The position numbers and the translations under genes are program-made. Of a stretch of 64,000 nt of DNA, positions 35,871-44,905 are shown piece after piece. Position 1 is the stretch's first letter. Each line of letters opens with the position of its first letter. Origin of the DNA: Candidatus Liptonbacteria bacterium (GTDB lineage Bacteria; Patescibacteriota; Minisyncoccia; UBA6257; 2-01-FULL-56-20). Where the stretch lies: contig JACQKU010000008.1 in assembly GCA_016204335.1 (NCBI GenBank), positions 10,913 to 74,912 on the forward strand. Direction: 5' to 3'. Below the pieces are notes generated by a model. That model did no database searches and was not told where the DNA came from. It was given only the letters and a program-made list of their open reading frames with translations.

Positions 35871-37142
35871 ATGGCAAAAACGGGTAAAAAAAGAAAAAAA
35901 ACGGTGGAAACGAGAACGACATGCCGCATCTGCGGGAGTTCCAATCTCGCGCGGTTTTTGAGTTTGGGAGAAACGCCGCTCGCGGACGCTTTCGTCGAAC
36001 GGGAAAATCTCGATAAGCCGGAGAAAAAATTTCCGCTTGACGTGGCGGTCTGCGCCGATTGCAATCTGGTGAAACTTGTGAACATCGTCGACCCCGAGTT
36101 GCTCTTCGGAGACAACTACGCGTTCTATACGTCGGCATCGCCGCAAGCTGTAATTCATTTCCGAAAATACGCGCACGAGGTGATGCGGAGATTTCCCAAA
36201 CTCGCGAAGAAGCTCACCGTCGATATCGCGTCGAATGACGGCGTGCTCCTCCGGCCAATGAAAGAGCTCGGGGCGAAAGTGCTCGGCGTTGACCCGGCGA
36301 AGAACGTCGTACCGGTCGCGCGCGCCGCCGGAATAGAAACGATAAACGATTTTTTCGGCGAGCGGTGCGGGGCGACCATTGTCAAGAAGTACGGGAGAGC
36401 GGGGCTCGTTCTTGCGAATAACGTTCTCGCGCACGTGGACGACGTGCATGATTTTATCAAAGGCGTACGATTGCTCCTTGACCCGAGGGGCGTTTTTATT
36501 TTTGAAACGCAGTATTTCCCGGCTCTATTTTTTAAGAACCAATTCGACAACGTGTATCACGAGCATCATTCGTTTTTTGCTTTGCGTCCGCTTATACGCC
36601 TGCTTGAGGCGAACAATATGAAGATATTCGATGTTGAGAAAATTGACACCCAGGGCGGGTCGATTCGGGTGTACGCCGAACATAAAAAAGGTCCGCATAA
36701 CATCCGGCCGATTGTCGGAAAAATGGTTCGTGCGGAACTTGATATGGGGCTTGACAGGGTAGAGACATACAAAGGGCTTCAGGAGCGCGCGCAGTATGTA
36801 AAAAAAGAGCTTTTGCGGATTCTCACGGATTTGAAGCGGCGGGGGAAAAAAATCGTCGGATACGGCGCGCCCGCGAAAGGCAACACGCTCCTCAACTTTT
36901 GCAAAATAGGCCCGGAACACCTCGATTACATTATTGACAAAACGTACTTCAAGCACGGGAAGTTCACGCCCGGCACGCACATTCCCGTGTTCCCGGTGGA
37001 AAAAATACAGGAGGACGGTCCGCCGGATTATTATCTTCTGCTTGTCTGGAATTACGCGCCGGGAATTTTGAAGCAAGAGAAAGAATTCAGGAAGAGAGGA
37101 GGTAAATTCATTATTCCGATTCCAGAGCCGGTCATTGTTTAA
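35871..37142 (+). CDS. NDP-hexose C-methyltransferase (TylC3/TcaB9-like: Zn-ribbon + SAM MTase + C-methyltransferase C-terminal domain), paralog 1
   Basis: CRICGSSNLARFLSLGETPLADAF (Cys4-type Zn ribbon), SAM-binding VDIASNDGVLL, and the C-terminal IVGYGAPAKGNTLLNFC domain. Confidence 0.75.
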   Translation: MAKTGKKRKKTVETRTTCRICGSSNLARFLSLGETPLADAFVERENLDKPEKKFPLDVAVCADCNLVKLVNIVDPELLFGDNYAFYTSASPQAVIHFRKYAHEVMRRFPKLAKKLTVDIASNDGVLLRPMKELGAKVLGVDPAKNVVPVARAAGIETINDFFGERCGATIVKKYGRAGLVLANNVLAHVDDVHDFIKGVRLLLDPRGVFIFETQYFPALFFKNQFDNVYHEHHSFFALRPLIRLLEANNMKIFDVEKIDTQGGSIRVYAEHKKGPHNIRPIVGKMVRAELDMGLDRVETYKGLQERAQYVKKELLRILTDLKRRGKKIVGYGAPAKGNTLLNFCKIGPEHLDYIIDKTYFKHGKFTPGTHIPVFPVEKIQEDGPPDYYLLLVWNYAPGILKQEKEFRKRGGKFIIPIPEPVIV

Positions 37143-37156
37143 TTTCTTGTTATTTT

Positions 37157-38245
37157 ATGCAAGGCGTAAAAAGAATATTTTTCATACCGCCGGGCTCGTC
37201 CGCCCGCACCGGCAAACATTTACTTGAAGACCTCAATTTGGTTTTTTTGGACAAAACATTTTTTGATTTTTTTCGGGAGCGTGGAATGGAACTTTATACG
37301 ATAGACGCCTGGAGGCCGGAATCCCACAACGATAAAGAAGACGCGCTTGCGGTTTTCAACCATCCGGACGAAGGGTTCCTTCTTCGCGCGTTCTATTATC
37401 TGAAATTCGCCGGAAAAGGGAGGGGAAAATATTCGGTCGACAAAAAAACGCTTAACGTTCTCCTTGGCGCGTTTTCGCGGAAAATTCTTTTTCAGGCAGA
37501 GCCGCCGATTGTCATGCCGTGGCCGTACCGGCATATGAAAAAACTGAAAAAAGAATACAGCTCTGTTTTTTCGACCATTCATCTCGAAAGCGAAGGAGTC
37601 AAGTATTTTATTCTCCCATACAATTACACCGACAGGTTCGGAAAAAATAAAATCGGGGAACACTTCGACGCGCCCAAAGAAAAATTTCTCGTGATGATTA
37701 ACTCCAACGCAAGGCCGCATGGCTACTTCAAATATGAGCTCTATTCGGAGCGTCTGCGCGCCATAAAATATTTTTGCGACAAGCCGGGATTCGACCTTTA
37801 CGGAGTGCGCTGGGACAGGAAGCCGTTTCTGCATTGGAGCTACGCGCCATACGTGAAAAAGGTCTGGCGCGGGAGCATTCCCGGGGATAATATCGAGAGT
37901 AAGCTTCCCACGCTCGCCATGTACAAGTTCACGCTGCTTTTTGAAAACAGCACTTTCCCGGGTTATGTGGATATAAAACTTCTCGACCCGCTGGTTACGG
38001 GGACCGTCCCTGTGTATTTGGGAGCGCCCGATATTGCGAATTATATTCCCAAAGGATGTTTTATTGACATGCGTGATTTCAGAACCTATAATGAACTGGA
38101 AAAATATCTCCGCGCGATGAGTGATACGGAGCGGGAACGGTATCGTTCGAACATCCGCGATTTTTTCCGTTCGGAACAGGCAAAGGTTTTTACTCCGCGT
38201 TATTTCGCGGAAGTCGTGCATCGGGCCGTTCAGGAAGTTTTTTGA
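37157..38245 (+). CDS. GT10-family alpha-1,3/4-fucosyltransferase-like glycosyltransferase
   Basis: YKFTLLFENSTFPGYVDIKLLDPLVTGTVPVYLGAP matches the GT10 FxLxFENS...TEK...IPVxxG motifs. Confidence 0.7.
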   Translation: MQGVKRIFFIPPGSSARTGKHLLEDLNLVFLDKTFFDFFRERGMELYTIDAWRPESHNDKEDALAVFNHPDEGFLLRAFYYLKFAGKGRGKYSVDKKTLNVLLGAFSRKILFQAEPPIVMPWPYRHMKKLKKEYSSVFSTIHLESEGVKYFILPYNYTDRFGKNKIGEHFDAPKEKFLVMINSNARPHGYFKYELYSERLRAIKYFCDKPGFDLYGVRWDRKPFLHWSYAPYVKKVWRGSIPGDNIESKLPTLAMYKFTLLFENSTFPGYVDIKLLDPLVTGTVPVYLGAPDIANYIPKGCFIDMRDFRTYNELEKYLRAMSDTERERYRSNIRDFFRSEQAKVFTPRYFAEVVHRAVQEVF

Positions 38246-38260
38246 GATAGAATGAGATGA

Positions 38261-38384
38261 ATCCCGTTAGAAACAACAGCTCCATGATTTTTACTACAAT
38301 GTTTCATATTTCAAACAAAAAAGTCGATTCAACTAAAATCGTTGATGTACGGTCGCCCGGGGCGGCCCGCTTCTAATGGGATGA
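38261..38384. repeat. Motif C module 1: ATCCCGTTAGAAACA - 92-nt spacer - TCTAATGGGATG (ATG = GT4 start)
   Basis: 15-nt terminus after the GT10 stop. A degenerate inverted copy supplies the GT4 start codon. Confidence 0.5.
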
Positions 38385-39607
38385 AAGTCGCTTTGGTTTG
38401 TTACAACTTGAAATGGGAAGGCGGGGGACAGCGCCTGATTTACGACTTGGCTCACGTTCTAACAGATACGGGCCACCGCGCGACGGTTTTTGCTCCGGAT
38501 ACCGAATATGAACCCAATGCCTACGCGGAGCTTCAGCGCGGCGTCGATATCCGGCTGGTCAAAATGCCCTCTCCATACAATTGGGCTCCGCTTCGCGCCA
38601 ATGCGTTCCGCCGCATGCTGTACAAATTTAAAAAGGAGCGGTGGCTCATCAACGCGGCGCGCATAATGGCAGCGCAGTTTCCGGTCGGCGAGTACGATGT
38701 TATAAATCTTCACGACCAGGCGTATAAATTCGCCTATTTTTACCGCAAACGCGAGCCGAACATCCGCATCGTCTGGACGAATAACGATGCGCAGTATTTA
38801 TATTTACCGCATCCGGAGAGCGTGATTTACGATTGGGGCAGTTGGATTTACAATAAATTCAAAGATTATGCCGAATCGCGGTTTTTCAAGGTATTCGATG
38901 CGGTTCAGGTTATCGAACTTGTGAACGCGCGCTGGACGGAAGAACGCGGAATGAAAGCGAACATTATCCGCCCCGGCGTCGATTTCGAAAAATTTTACGA
39001 CCCGGTTCGCGATGTCACATCCAGGGCAAAACAGAAAAAAGTCCAGATTCTCGGGTTCGGGAATCTTAATCCTTCGCGGCGTTATGAAAATATCGTCGAA
39101 GCGGTAAAAATTCTCCGCGACCGCGGCTATGACGCAAACGCCAAAATCGTTTGCCGCGATTTGTGGAAGAACGCGGCGCTCCGCGAAAAGCTTCTTACGC
39201 TCACCAAGGACTGGGGTCTCGACATAGAATTCAATTTTAACGGCGTGAGCGAGGAGAGAGCCCGGGCGTTGAGACATGAGAGCGACGTGATGGTACTTGC
39301 CATCCATCTGCCGCCGCCGAGGGACGGATTCCCCTGGCAGCTTATCGGCATCGAAGGAATGGCCGCAGGTCTGCCCCTCGTTCTTTCTAGAAAAAACGGC
39401 CTTTGCGAGGTTCTTACCGACGGAGAGAACGCTCTCTTTTTTGAACCGCTCCACGCCGAGCAAATTGCGGATAAAGTGCAATTTTTAGTCGATAATCCGG
39501 AACGACGGAATGAAATCGCGAAAAACGGCCAAGAATTTGTGCGCAAAGAACTTCAATGGAGCCACTATACGAAAGAAATACTGCGGCTTTTTGAGGGAAA
39601 GAGTTAA
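38381..39607 (+). CDS. GT4-family (group 1) glycosyltransferase
   Basis: C-terminal EGMAAGLPLVLSRKNGLCEVLTDGENALFFEP (E-x7-E-like GT4 motif). Confidence 0.8.
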   Translation: MKVALVCYNLKWEGGGQRLIYDLAHVLTDTGHRATVFAPDTEYEPNAYAELQRGVDIRLVKMPSPYNWAPLRANAFRRMLYKFKKERWLINAARIMAAQFPVGEYDVINLHDQAYKFAYFYRKREPNIRIVWTNNDAQYLYLPHPESVIYDWGSWIYNKFKDYAESRFFKVFDAVQVIELVNARWTEERGMKANIIRPGVDFEKFYDPVRDVTSRAKQKKVQILGFGNLNPSRRYENIVEAVKILRDRGYDANAKIVCRDLWKNAALREKLLTLTKDWGLDIEFNFNGVSEERARALRHESDVMVLAIHLPPPRDGFPWQLIGIEGMAAGLPLVLSRKNGLCEVLTDGENALFFEPLHAEQIADKVQFLVDNPERRNEIAKNGQEFVRKELQWSHYTKEILRLFEGKS

Positions 39608-39614
39608 CGTTTTC

Positions 39615-39629
39615 TGTTTCTAACGGGAT
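39615..39629. repeat. Motif C copy TGTTTCTAACGGGAT followed by ATG (start of NUDIX gene 39628)
   Basis: Perfect reverse complement of 38261-38275. It lies 7 nt after the GT4 stop. Confidence 0.6.
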
Positions 39630-40092
39630 GAAAAAGTATTCTGTCGTCCGAAAAAGAATTCCCGAAAAGATTTATAAGGAAATCCACCGTTCATTGCCGA
39701 TAGTTTGCACGGACCTCGTCGTAACCGATGGAAAGCGGTTTTTTCTGGTAAGACGGAAAAATAAACCCGAAGCCGGCCGGTGGTGGTTTCCGGGCGGCAG
39801 AATTTTTAAAAATGAACTGTTAAAAAATGCGGCGCTAAGATTTTTAAAGCGCGAAACCGGGCTCAAAGGAAGTAAGCCAAGCCTATTGGGATTTTACGAG
39901 TACTTTGCGACGCCGGGGTATTTCCCCCGGATAAGTTCACATACCGTCATTTTTGTATTTAAAATAAAAGCTTCTTCAAATTTAAAATTCCGCCTGGATA
40001 GACAAAGCTCGGCCGCCAAATGGTTTTCAAGAATTAATCCGGCGTGGCATCCATACATCAAAACCTTTTTAAGGAAAGCTGGTTTAGAGTAA
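39628..40092 (+). CDS. NUDIX hydrolase, GDP-mannose mannosyl hydrolase (Gmm/NudD)-like
   Basis: RWWFPGGRIFKNELLKNAALRFLKRETGL parallels the Gmm variant Nudix box ([29 protein letters not shown]). Confidence 0.6.
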   Translation: MKKYSVVRKRIPEKIYKEIHRSLPIVCTDLVVTDGKRFFLVRRKNKPEAGRWWFPGGRIFKNELLKNAALRFLKRETGLKGSKPSLLGFYEYFATPGYFPRISSHTVIFVFKIKASSNLKFRLDRQSSAAKWFSRINPAWHPYIKTFLRKAGLE

Positions 40093-40138
40093 TGACATTA
40101 TGAAAATTCTCAGCTTGGCGCAATAAGATTTATATTCA

Positions 40139-40642
40139 ATGACAACGCTCGTCTTCAAAAGATTTTTTTGTAAAATCGCGTATCCGCTTGCCGCCTGGAT
40201 TCTTTGGCGGGTTAGGCCGGATGCCTCGGCCTCTGCCTGCGCGATCGCGACAAACGGGAAATTGCTTTTAATTCAGCGTTCGTACGGGCCAGGCATGTGG
40301 GATCTTCCCGGAGGGAGAATCGGCAATAAGGAAACACCGGAAGAAACCGTGCGGCGTGAAGTTGAGGAGGAAGTTGGCGTCACTCTTGGGACGGTAAAAC
40401 TGTTCGGTGAGCATTTTTTTCTTCGCGATGATGGCATTAAGCGCGGCGTGGTGCATTGTTTTTACATTGAAGTGCCGAACGAGAATTTTATCCTAAAAAG
40501 CGGGGAAATCGCCGCGGCGAAATGGGTTGCCTTAGATAGCATTCCCGAATTTCATACTCAGTCGGTTGACACCACGCTCAGATTTTTGGACCCTCAAAGG
40601 CCCTGCCCGCCGTCAATTTCCAAGCACATCACGATTTTTTGA
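40139..40642 (+). CDS. NUDIX hydrolase (canonical Nudix box)
   Basis: GGRIGNKETPEETVRREVEEEVGV = GX5EX7REVXEEXGV. Confidence 0.7.
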   Translation: MTTLVFKRFFCKIAYPLAAWILWRVRPDASASACAIATNGKLLLIQRSYGPGMWDLPGGRIGNKETPEETVRREVEEEVGVTLGTVKLFGEHFFLRDDGIKRGVVHCFYIEVPNENFILKSGEIAAAKWVALDSIPEFHTQSVDTTLRFLDPQRPCPPSISKHITIF

Positions 40643-40675
40643 AACGGCTATCCTTAATGGCTATATAAGTCGGCG

Positions 40676-41737
40676 CTAAATATAATTTAACTCGTTAAGG
40701 CGTTCAATGACGCCAGTCGAATTGTTTTTTTGTTGTATAGCGAGGACGACCTCGGCTTCCGACACAATTTTTCTTAACGTACCCAAAATTTTTACCGGGT
40801 TTTTGCCCACTGCGGTTTCCGAAGAAAGAATCAGGCCATTCACGCCGTCGAGTACAAGGTTGATTATATCGTTGACTTCGCCTCTTGTAGGTTTGTCTTT
40901 GTGGAGCATGTTTTCAAGGAGGTGAGTAGCCACGAAAATAGGTTTCCTTTCTTTAACGCACTGTTTAGTGATGAGTTTCTGAACAAACGGTATTTTTTCG
41001 TAACCGATTTCCGTTCCGAGATCGTTTCTGTCGATAAGAATAGTGTCGCTTGCCGCGATTAGAGAATCAAGATTGTTAATTGCCCGGCGCGTTTCGATTT
41101 TCGAGGAAATCAGGATATTTTTTTTGCCGATAAATCGCCGTACTTCCTCCACATCTTTCGCGGCGCTGACGTACGACAGGGAAATCTCGGAGATTCCGTA
41201 TGGGAGAGCTTTTTTTATTACCAAACGGTCTGCGTCGGTAAGCATCGTTTTCGGTTCAATCTTTTTTTCGAGTCGGATGTTTTTTGGCACGCTCATTTCG
41301 CCTCCGCGCACTATCACGCACTCCAGCCGCGGGGACGGATCTTTTTTTCGCCCCAATACTTTTAGCACGATCCGGTTGTCGTCTATGGATATTTTTTCGC
41401 CTCTCGGGATGGCGGCGATGAATTCGGGGCGCGTGATCCATAAGGATTTTGATTGCATCGAAGAACCAAACGGTATTATTGAGATATGTTCGCGGCGTTT
41501 CAATATCGCCGTTTTTCCGAAAGGAGCCATCATTCTTGTTTCTTTTCCCTGGGTGTCAATGATGATGGGAATTTTCTTCGAGAGCGCGCGAATGTCCTCG
41601 ATAAGCTTTATCGCGCGTTCAGGGGGGGTGTGGCTAAGATTGATGCGAAGCGCATCGGTTTTTTTCCTTATGAGACCGGAAAGGGTTTTTGCGGAATCGG
41701 ACTTCGGTCCTATTGTGCAAATAATTTTTGTTTTCAT
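40676..41737 (-). CDS. Pyruvate kinase-like protein (barrel and cap domains only; lacks the usual C-terminal domain)
   Basis: MKTKIICTIGPKS...RINLSHT, ISKIETRRA, DRNDLGTEI, VATHLLENM...PTRGEVNDI follow the PK barrel. 353 aa versus about 470 for typical PK. Confidence 0.6.
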   Translation of the reverse strand: MKTKIICTIGPKSDSAKTLSGLIRKKTDALRINLSHTPPERAIKLIEDIRALSKKIPIIIDTQGKETRMMAPFGKTAILKRREHISIIPFGSSMQSKSLWITRPEFIAAIPRGEKISIDDNRIVLKVLGRKKDPSPRLECVIVRGGEMSVPKNIRLEKKIEPKTMLTDADRLVIKKALPYGISEISLSYVSAAKDVEEVRRFIGKKNILISSKIETRRAINNLDSLIAASDTILIDRNDLGTEIGYEKIPFVQKLITKQCVKERKPIFVATHLLENMLHKDKPTRGEVNDIINLVLDGVNGLILSSETAVGKNPVKILGTLRKIVSEAEVVLAIQQKNNSTGVIERLNELNYI

Positions 41738-41752
41738 GGTTATAATTATGCG

Positions 41753-43144
41753 CTATATCAATGGTTTTCCGGAGAGTTTTTTATACTCTTTTATCCCGAG
41801 CGCCTTGAGAATTGTAGGGGCGATTTGAACGGTTTCGACCTGCCCGAGGTTTCCTAAGGGGCCGCCTTCTTTTTTTAATATAATGACGCCTTCGGGAGCA
41901 TGCCCGGCATCGTCGGTCCCGACAGTAGTTCCTTCGGAATACAGCCCTTTATTCCCGATATCGTTATTGGTTCCGTAGCGAAGGTTGTCGAAATACACTA
42001 CTGCGTCAGGGGCTTTATCGCCTTTTTTCCTGTAAATTTTTGAAGTATCGTATACCTTTGTATTCAATTTTTCGCCTTTTACGCCTCTAATTAGCGGAAG
42101 TTCTTTACTAATCCGTCTCAAAATTTTCACCCTGTTTTTTTTGTCGTAAATATAAACATTTGCCTGATATCCTTCAGTGGCTATGACACTCGTTTTATCC
42201 CAGTCTATGGTTTCGTAGTCGAGTCGTTTCGGGCCGTTTGCGTAAAAATCCGCAAATTCTTTTTTTACGGCCAAAAAACCTTTTTCCCGCAGCCAGTCAT
42301 TTAAATTTATCCGGCGAATCATGTGGTCCATTCCATGGTCGGACACCACCATCACCGTTGTTCCGGAATCCATTTTTGAATGTTTCATAAATTTTCCGAA
42401 CTCCCCATCCACGTATTTATAGAAATCCAATACCGCGTTTTTGTAGGGTGAATTTTTGACGTAGCGTTCATGAGTGGGGTCAATATGCGCCCAGAACATA
42501 TGGTGAAGTCGGTCTGTGCCGATAGTCACAAAATCAAAAAGGTCCCAATCCATTTTTTCAAAAAGATAGCGGGCAATTTTGAAATGCTGTTTGGTCATTT
42601 TATAACTTTGCGAGATGAGAAAATCCAAATTCATTTTCTTATATCCCAGAAATCCGGCCACATCAAACATGTAATCTTTGCCGAAAAGAAGTTCTTGGAT
42701 TTTCTTCTTGAAAGAAACCGGATAGACGCTCTTATCGTCAAAGCTTGGAGTCAAAAAATCGGTTACCATTACCCCGTTAATTTTTTTTGCGGGATAGGTG
42801 AGAGGGATATTGAGCGCAATTGTCTTCTTTCCTTTTCTGCTCAGCATATCCCAAAGCAGAGGAGTTTTTATATCGGTAGATGTAACGAGCGAAGGAGTGC
42901 GGTAATGGCGTCCTTGTTTTGCCATATAACTTTGAATACCGGTTTCTCCGGGGTCCCTGCCGCTGTTGATAGAAGTCCAGGCGACGGTTGAAGTCGGCGG
43001 AACGGTGGAGTTCAAGATTCCGTAAGAACCTTCTTCGATAAGACAGGAAAAGTTGGGCAATTGGTTTCTATAACGCCCGAATACCAGTTTAGGGACAAAT
43101 CCATCTATGCCGAAAAGAAATACTTTTTGCTTTTTGGGTTTCAT
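41753..43144 (-). CDS. Alkaline-phosphatase-superfamily type I phosphodiesterase / nucleotide pyrophosphatase (PF01663-like)
   Basis: FLFGIDGFVP...STVPPTSTVAWTSINSGRDPGETG (metal-binding T/S nucleophile region) and MVVSDHGMD. Confidence 0.65.
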   Translation of the reverse strand: MKPKKQKVFLFGIDGFVPKLVFGRYRNQLPNFSCLIEEGSYGILNSTVPPTSTVAWTSINSGRDPGETGIQSYMAKQGRHYRTPSLVTSTDIKTPLLWDMLSRKGKKTIALNIPLTYPAKKINGVMVTDFLTPSFDDKSVYPVSFKKKIQELLFGKDYMFDVAGFLGYKKMNLDFLISQSYKMTKQHFKIARYLFEKMDWDLFDFVTIGTDRLHHMFWAHIDPTHERYVKNSPYKNAVLDFYKYVDGEFGKFMKHSKMDSGTTVMVVSDHGMDHMIRRINLNDWLREKGFLAVKKEFADFYANGPKRLDYETIDWDKTSVIATEGYQANVYIYDKKNRVKILRRISKELPLIRGVKGEKLNTKVYDTSKIYRKKGDKAPDAVVYFDNLRYGTNNDIGNKGLYSEGTTVGTDDAGHAPEGVIILKKEGGPLGNLGQVETVQIAPTILKALGIKEYKKLSGKPLI

Positions 43145-43149
43145 CGCAG

Positions 43150-44289
43150 TTATACGAATAATTTTTTTTCTTTAAGCAGTATCCTTGATATCTCGCGTCT
43201 TAGCATTTCCGCGGGAGGGGCTTTACCAATCGTAAGCATGTTCCGTATGAGCGTACCAGAGGAGTGCACGCGATACTTTTCTCCGTGCGGGCAGGCGTCC
43301 TCGAATGCGGTAGTCTTGCAACGCGTGCAGTAAAAGGCTTTTCCAAAATGGAAAATTTTTATGCCCATTGCGCGGTTATATTTTCCAATCATAAAGGCGT
43401 AATTTTGAAGCGTGTAAAAGTTTCCGACGCCCGTGTGGTCGCGCCCGACGATAAAATGCGTACAGCCGAAATTTTTGCGGATAACGGCGGTTAAAAGAGC
43501 CTCGCGCGGCCCCGCGTAGTAGGCATTGTAGGGAAGAAAGCTCAAGACGGCTTTCCCGCGCGGAAGAATGTGCGCCACAAAATAACGATAAGCTTTTGCC
43601 ACGACCTCATTCCGGAAATCGCCTTTCTTTTTAGAACCGATTAACGGATGCACAAGAATGCCGTCGGTTTTTTTAAGACCTTCCTTCTGGATGTGTTCAT
43701 GCCCAAGATGAGGCACATTCCTGGTATGAAACGCGACAATCTGTTTCCAATGCTTTTTTTGAAAAAGAGTTCTTGTTTCGCGCGGAGTCAGATACGGAAG
43801 TAATGTTCGAAGCGGTTTTCCGATCCAGGTAATATCTCCGCCGATAAGATACGGTTTTGCGCGTTTAAGTTTCGCCACGCCGGGATGCGCGACATCTGTC
43901 GTGCCGAATACTTTTTTTGCGAAAAGCGTTTTGGGAAAAGGATATATTTCTGAAATTTCGAGAAGCCCTATGATTTTTCCGGAAAAGTTCTTAAGAAATA
44001 TCTCCTTTTCTTTGAAAATTTTTTTTCGTTCGTCGGCATCAATATCAAGGATAATCGGGATAGGCCAGAAGACGTTGTTTTTCAGAGACAAATGATTGAG
44101 CACAGACAGGAAATCTTTTTTATTCAAGAATCCACTAAGGGGACTGTATGCTCCCGTTGCGATATTCCACAGTTCAACGATTTTTTCGTGAGCTATCGGA
44201 AGCGACCGAAGTTTTTGCGCCAAAAGCCGTCTCTTTTCTTTTGGAGACGCGATACGATTAATCAGCTTGTTGCCCAGAGGTTTATTCAT
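43150..44289 (-). CDS. sat: Sulfate adenylyltransferase (ATP sulfurylase)
   Basis: AFHTRNVPHLGHEHI (QTRNxxHRAHE-type motif) and IVGRDHTGVG (GRDHAG motif). Confidence 0.85.
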   Translation of the reverse strand: MNKPLGNKLINRIASPKEKRRLLAQKLRSLPIAHEKIVELWNIATGAYSPLSGFLNKKDFLSVLNHLSLKNNVFWPIPIILDIDADERKKIFKEKEIFLKNFSGKIIGLLEISEIYPFPKTLFAKKVFGTTDVAHPGVAKLKRAKPYLIGGDITWIGKPLRTLLPYLTPRETRTLFQKKHWKQIVAFHTRNVPHLGHEHIQKEGLKKTDGILVHPLIGSKKKGDFRNEVVAKAYRYFVAHILPRGKAVLSFLPYNAYYAGPREALLTAVIRKNFGCTHFIVGRDHTGVGNFYTLQNYAFMIGKYNRAMGIKIFHFGKAFYCTRCKTTAFEDACPHGEKYRVHSSGTLIRNMLTIGKAPPAEMLRREISRILLKEKKLFV

Positions 44290-44292
44290 GGA

Positions 44293-44511
44293 TTAAAGAT
44301 ATCCGAGTTTTTTCAGATGCTCGCGGATTTGCGTTTCTTCAGCAAAGAGCGGCTTATCGGTTTTTTCCAAAAGAAGTTCGCGCAAAATAAAGGCGACAAA
44401 AGCGGATACAGACACAAAGCCCGTGCCGTCGATTGTTTTTTCTATCCGGGCGTGAAGCGAACGGGGGATTGAGACAGTCGTGTAATCATTCCGTTTCTTT
44501 TTGATAGCCAT
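44293..44511 (-). CDS. Ribbon-helix-helix (CopG/NikR-like) DNA-binding protein
   Basis: TVSIPRSLHARIEKTI...GFVSVSAFVAFILRELL is an RHH signature. First gene of the sat operon. Confidence 0.6.
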   Translation of the reverse strand: MAIKKKRNDYTTVSIPRSLHARIEKTIDGTGFVSVSAFVAFILRELLLEKTDKPLFAEETQIREHLKKLGYL

Positions 44512-44777
44512 AGTGTAATTATGGGTAATTACAATTTGGTGTCAAGGGGTGGCTGTGGATAAACGTATTGGGTTAACAAAATGCCGATATAAGGCCTGTT
44601 TTATTGCTTATCCAGCCGGATTTTGCTAATATACGGCAATGATAAAGAAAAAATCTTCAAAAAAGCGGGTGCCAGAAAAAGAAGCGGGGAACGCCGACAT
44701 AGAAAAGCGGAAGGAGGGGGAGCGGAAAAAAGTTATGGAACAGTTGCGCGCGCTGGGATATATTTAGGGAACCAATG

Positions 44778-44904
44778 CCAGGCAGTAGAACTGCGACATT
44801 GGCAGTTCGTAATTTCAATGATTCATATCGCGAGAAAGGTCTTTTTTACTTTAGAAACTTGTAACAAGTCAGCCGCAGGCTGAAGTCGCAGTTTCACTGC
44901 CTGG
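44778..44904. repeat. Palindromic element family B copy 2 (CCAGGCAGTAGAACTGCGAC...GTCGCAGTTTCACTGCCTGG)
   Basis: Ends 2 nt before the ATG of the sulfatase-like gene. Confidence 0.5.
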
Positions 44905-44905
44905 T

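Noticed and set aside
37220-38221. 333-aa minus-strand ORF
   Set aside because: Antisense of the GT10 fucosyltransferase-like gene, which carries the FENS/VPVYLG motifs on the plus strand.
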